Part shown: one piece after another, positions 63,501-64,000 of the stretch | Layout: each line of letters starts with the position of its first letter | How positions within the stretch are numbered: the stretch's first letter is position 1 | Origin: Eledone cirrhosa | Lineage: Eukaryota | Direction: 5' to 3' | Length of the DNA: 64,000 nucleotides | Assembly (NCBI GenBank): GCA_964016885.1 | Contig: OZ024743.1 | Location: 378,448,001-378,512,000 of the forward strand | Made by a program: the position numbers and the translations under genes | Notes under the pieces: generated by a model | What the model was told of the DNA's origin: nothing | What the model saw: only the letters and a program-made list of their open reading frames with translations | Database searches by the model: none

Positions 63501-64000
63501 AAACTGGGGTAGTGGTGGGGTGTAAAACTCTCTCTCTCTAGTGTAAGAGAAACTGGGGTAGTGGTGGGGTCTAAAACTCTCTCTCTCTAGTGTAAGAGAA
63601 ACTGGGGTAGTGGTGGGGTGTAAAACTCTCTCTCTCTAGTGTAAGAGAAACTGGGGTAGTGGTGGGGTGTAAAACTCTCTCTCTCTAGTGTAAGAGAAAC
63701 TGGGGTAGTGGTGGGGTGTAAAACTCTCTCTCTCTAGTGCAAGAGAAACTGGGGTAGTGGTGGGGTGTAAATCTCTCTCTCTAGTGTAGGAGAAACTGGG
63801 GTAGTGGTAGGGTGTAAAACTCTCTCTCTAGTGTAGGAGAAACTGGGGTAGTGGTGGGGTGTAAAACTCTCTCTCTAGTGTAGGAGAAACTGGGGTAGTG
63901 GGTGGGTGTAAAACTCTCTCTCTAGTGTAGGAGAAACTGGGGTAGTGGTGGGGTGTAAAACTCTCTCTCTAGTGTAGAAGAAACTGGGGTAGTGGTGGGG
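57550..64000 (+). repeat. Copy of ~50130-56230 (offset ~7410 rising to ~7770), indel-rich after ~58300
   Basis: GTGGCGTG (50248/57665), GTGCTGGGG (~50447/~57864), CACTCTATCTAG (~53216/~60626), private insertion ACTCTCTTAAAACTC (53621/61389), GTGCAAGAG (54591/62361). Confidence 0.9.

Larger units (their letters stand above)
1..64000 (+). repeat. Tandem satellite/minisatellite array; monomer = 37-bp core AGTGTA(G/A/T)GAGAAACTGGGGTAGTGGTGGGGTGTAAAA + (CT)3-12; about 1,250-1,300 copies
   Basis: AGAAACT recurs at positions 1 and 48 (47-bp unit with (CT)5), and the same core repeats to base 64000 in one orientation. Shortest tract seen is (CT)3 at ~11235; longest is (CT)12 at ~14044. Copy number is estimated as 64000/~50. 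Confidence 0.99.

Noticed and set aside
1-64000. CRISPR array (37-bp constant repeat with variable intervening sequence)
   Set aside because: The intervening sequences are only (CT)n of 6-24 bp, not unique spacers. There is no leader and no cas gene.
1-64000. Canonical telomerase repeat (TTAGGG, TTAGG, TG1-3)
   Set aside because: The core is only loosely TG-rich. TTAGGG appears only as a rare point variant (~54101, ~55480, ~61869, ~63247). Kilobase-scale inherited variant patterns indicate recombinational copying rather than synthesis from one RNA template.
1-64000. Purely artefactual concatemer (rolling-circle or PCR product, or synthetic DNA)
   Set aside because: Nested duplications of many sizes with hierarchical shared variants are not expected from one circular template. 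Individual duplications could still be assembly errors.
1-64000. CT-length series as an encoded message or programmed phase-variation system
   Set aside because: There is no gene, promoter or recombinase for it to act on in the window, and duplication history plus slippage accounts for the pattern.

Overview
The whole 64 kb window is one uninterrupted, head-to-tail, single-orientation tandem array (satellite or very large minisatellite), open at both ends. The monomer is a 37-bp G-rich core, AGTGTA(G/A/T)GAGAAACTGGGGTAGTGGTGGGGTGTAAAA, followed by a variable (CT)n tract. I saw n from 3 to 12, mostly 5, 6 and 8, giving monomers of 43-61 bp and roughly 1,250-1,300 copies. I see no unique sequence, genes, RNA genes, transposon remnants or inversions; all listed ORFs are by-products of the repeat. 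Rare point variants and CT lengths act as a barcode that reveals nested segmental duplications (about 0.3, 0.8, 1.4, 2.1-2.4, 4.4, 5.3, 7-7.8 and 9.3 kb), so the array has an irregular higher-order structure. The last ~5.7 kb has many more 1-2 bp indels and looks like low-coverage long-read consensus. The architecture suggests a eukaryotic genome (inference); I cannot name the organism or repeat family. The sequence does not directly support a novel gene system. Functional ideas (G-quadruplex, telomeric or centromeric role) are hypotheses. Block boundaries were estimated by eye to about +/-100 bp.
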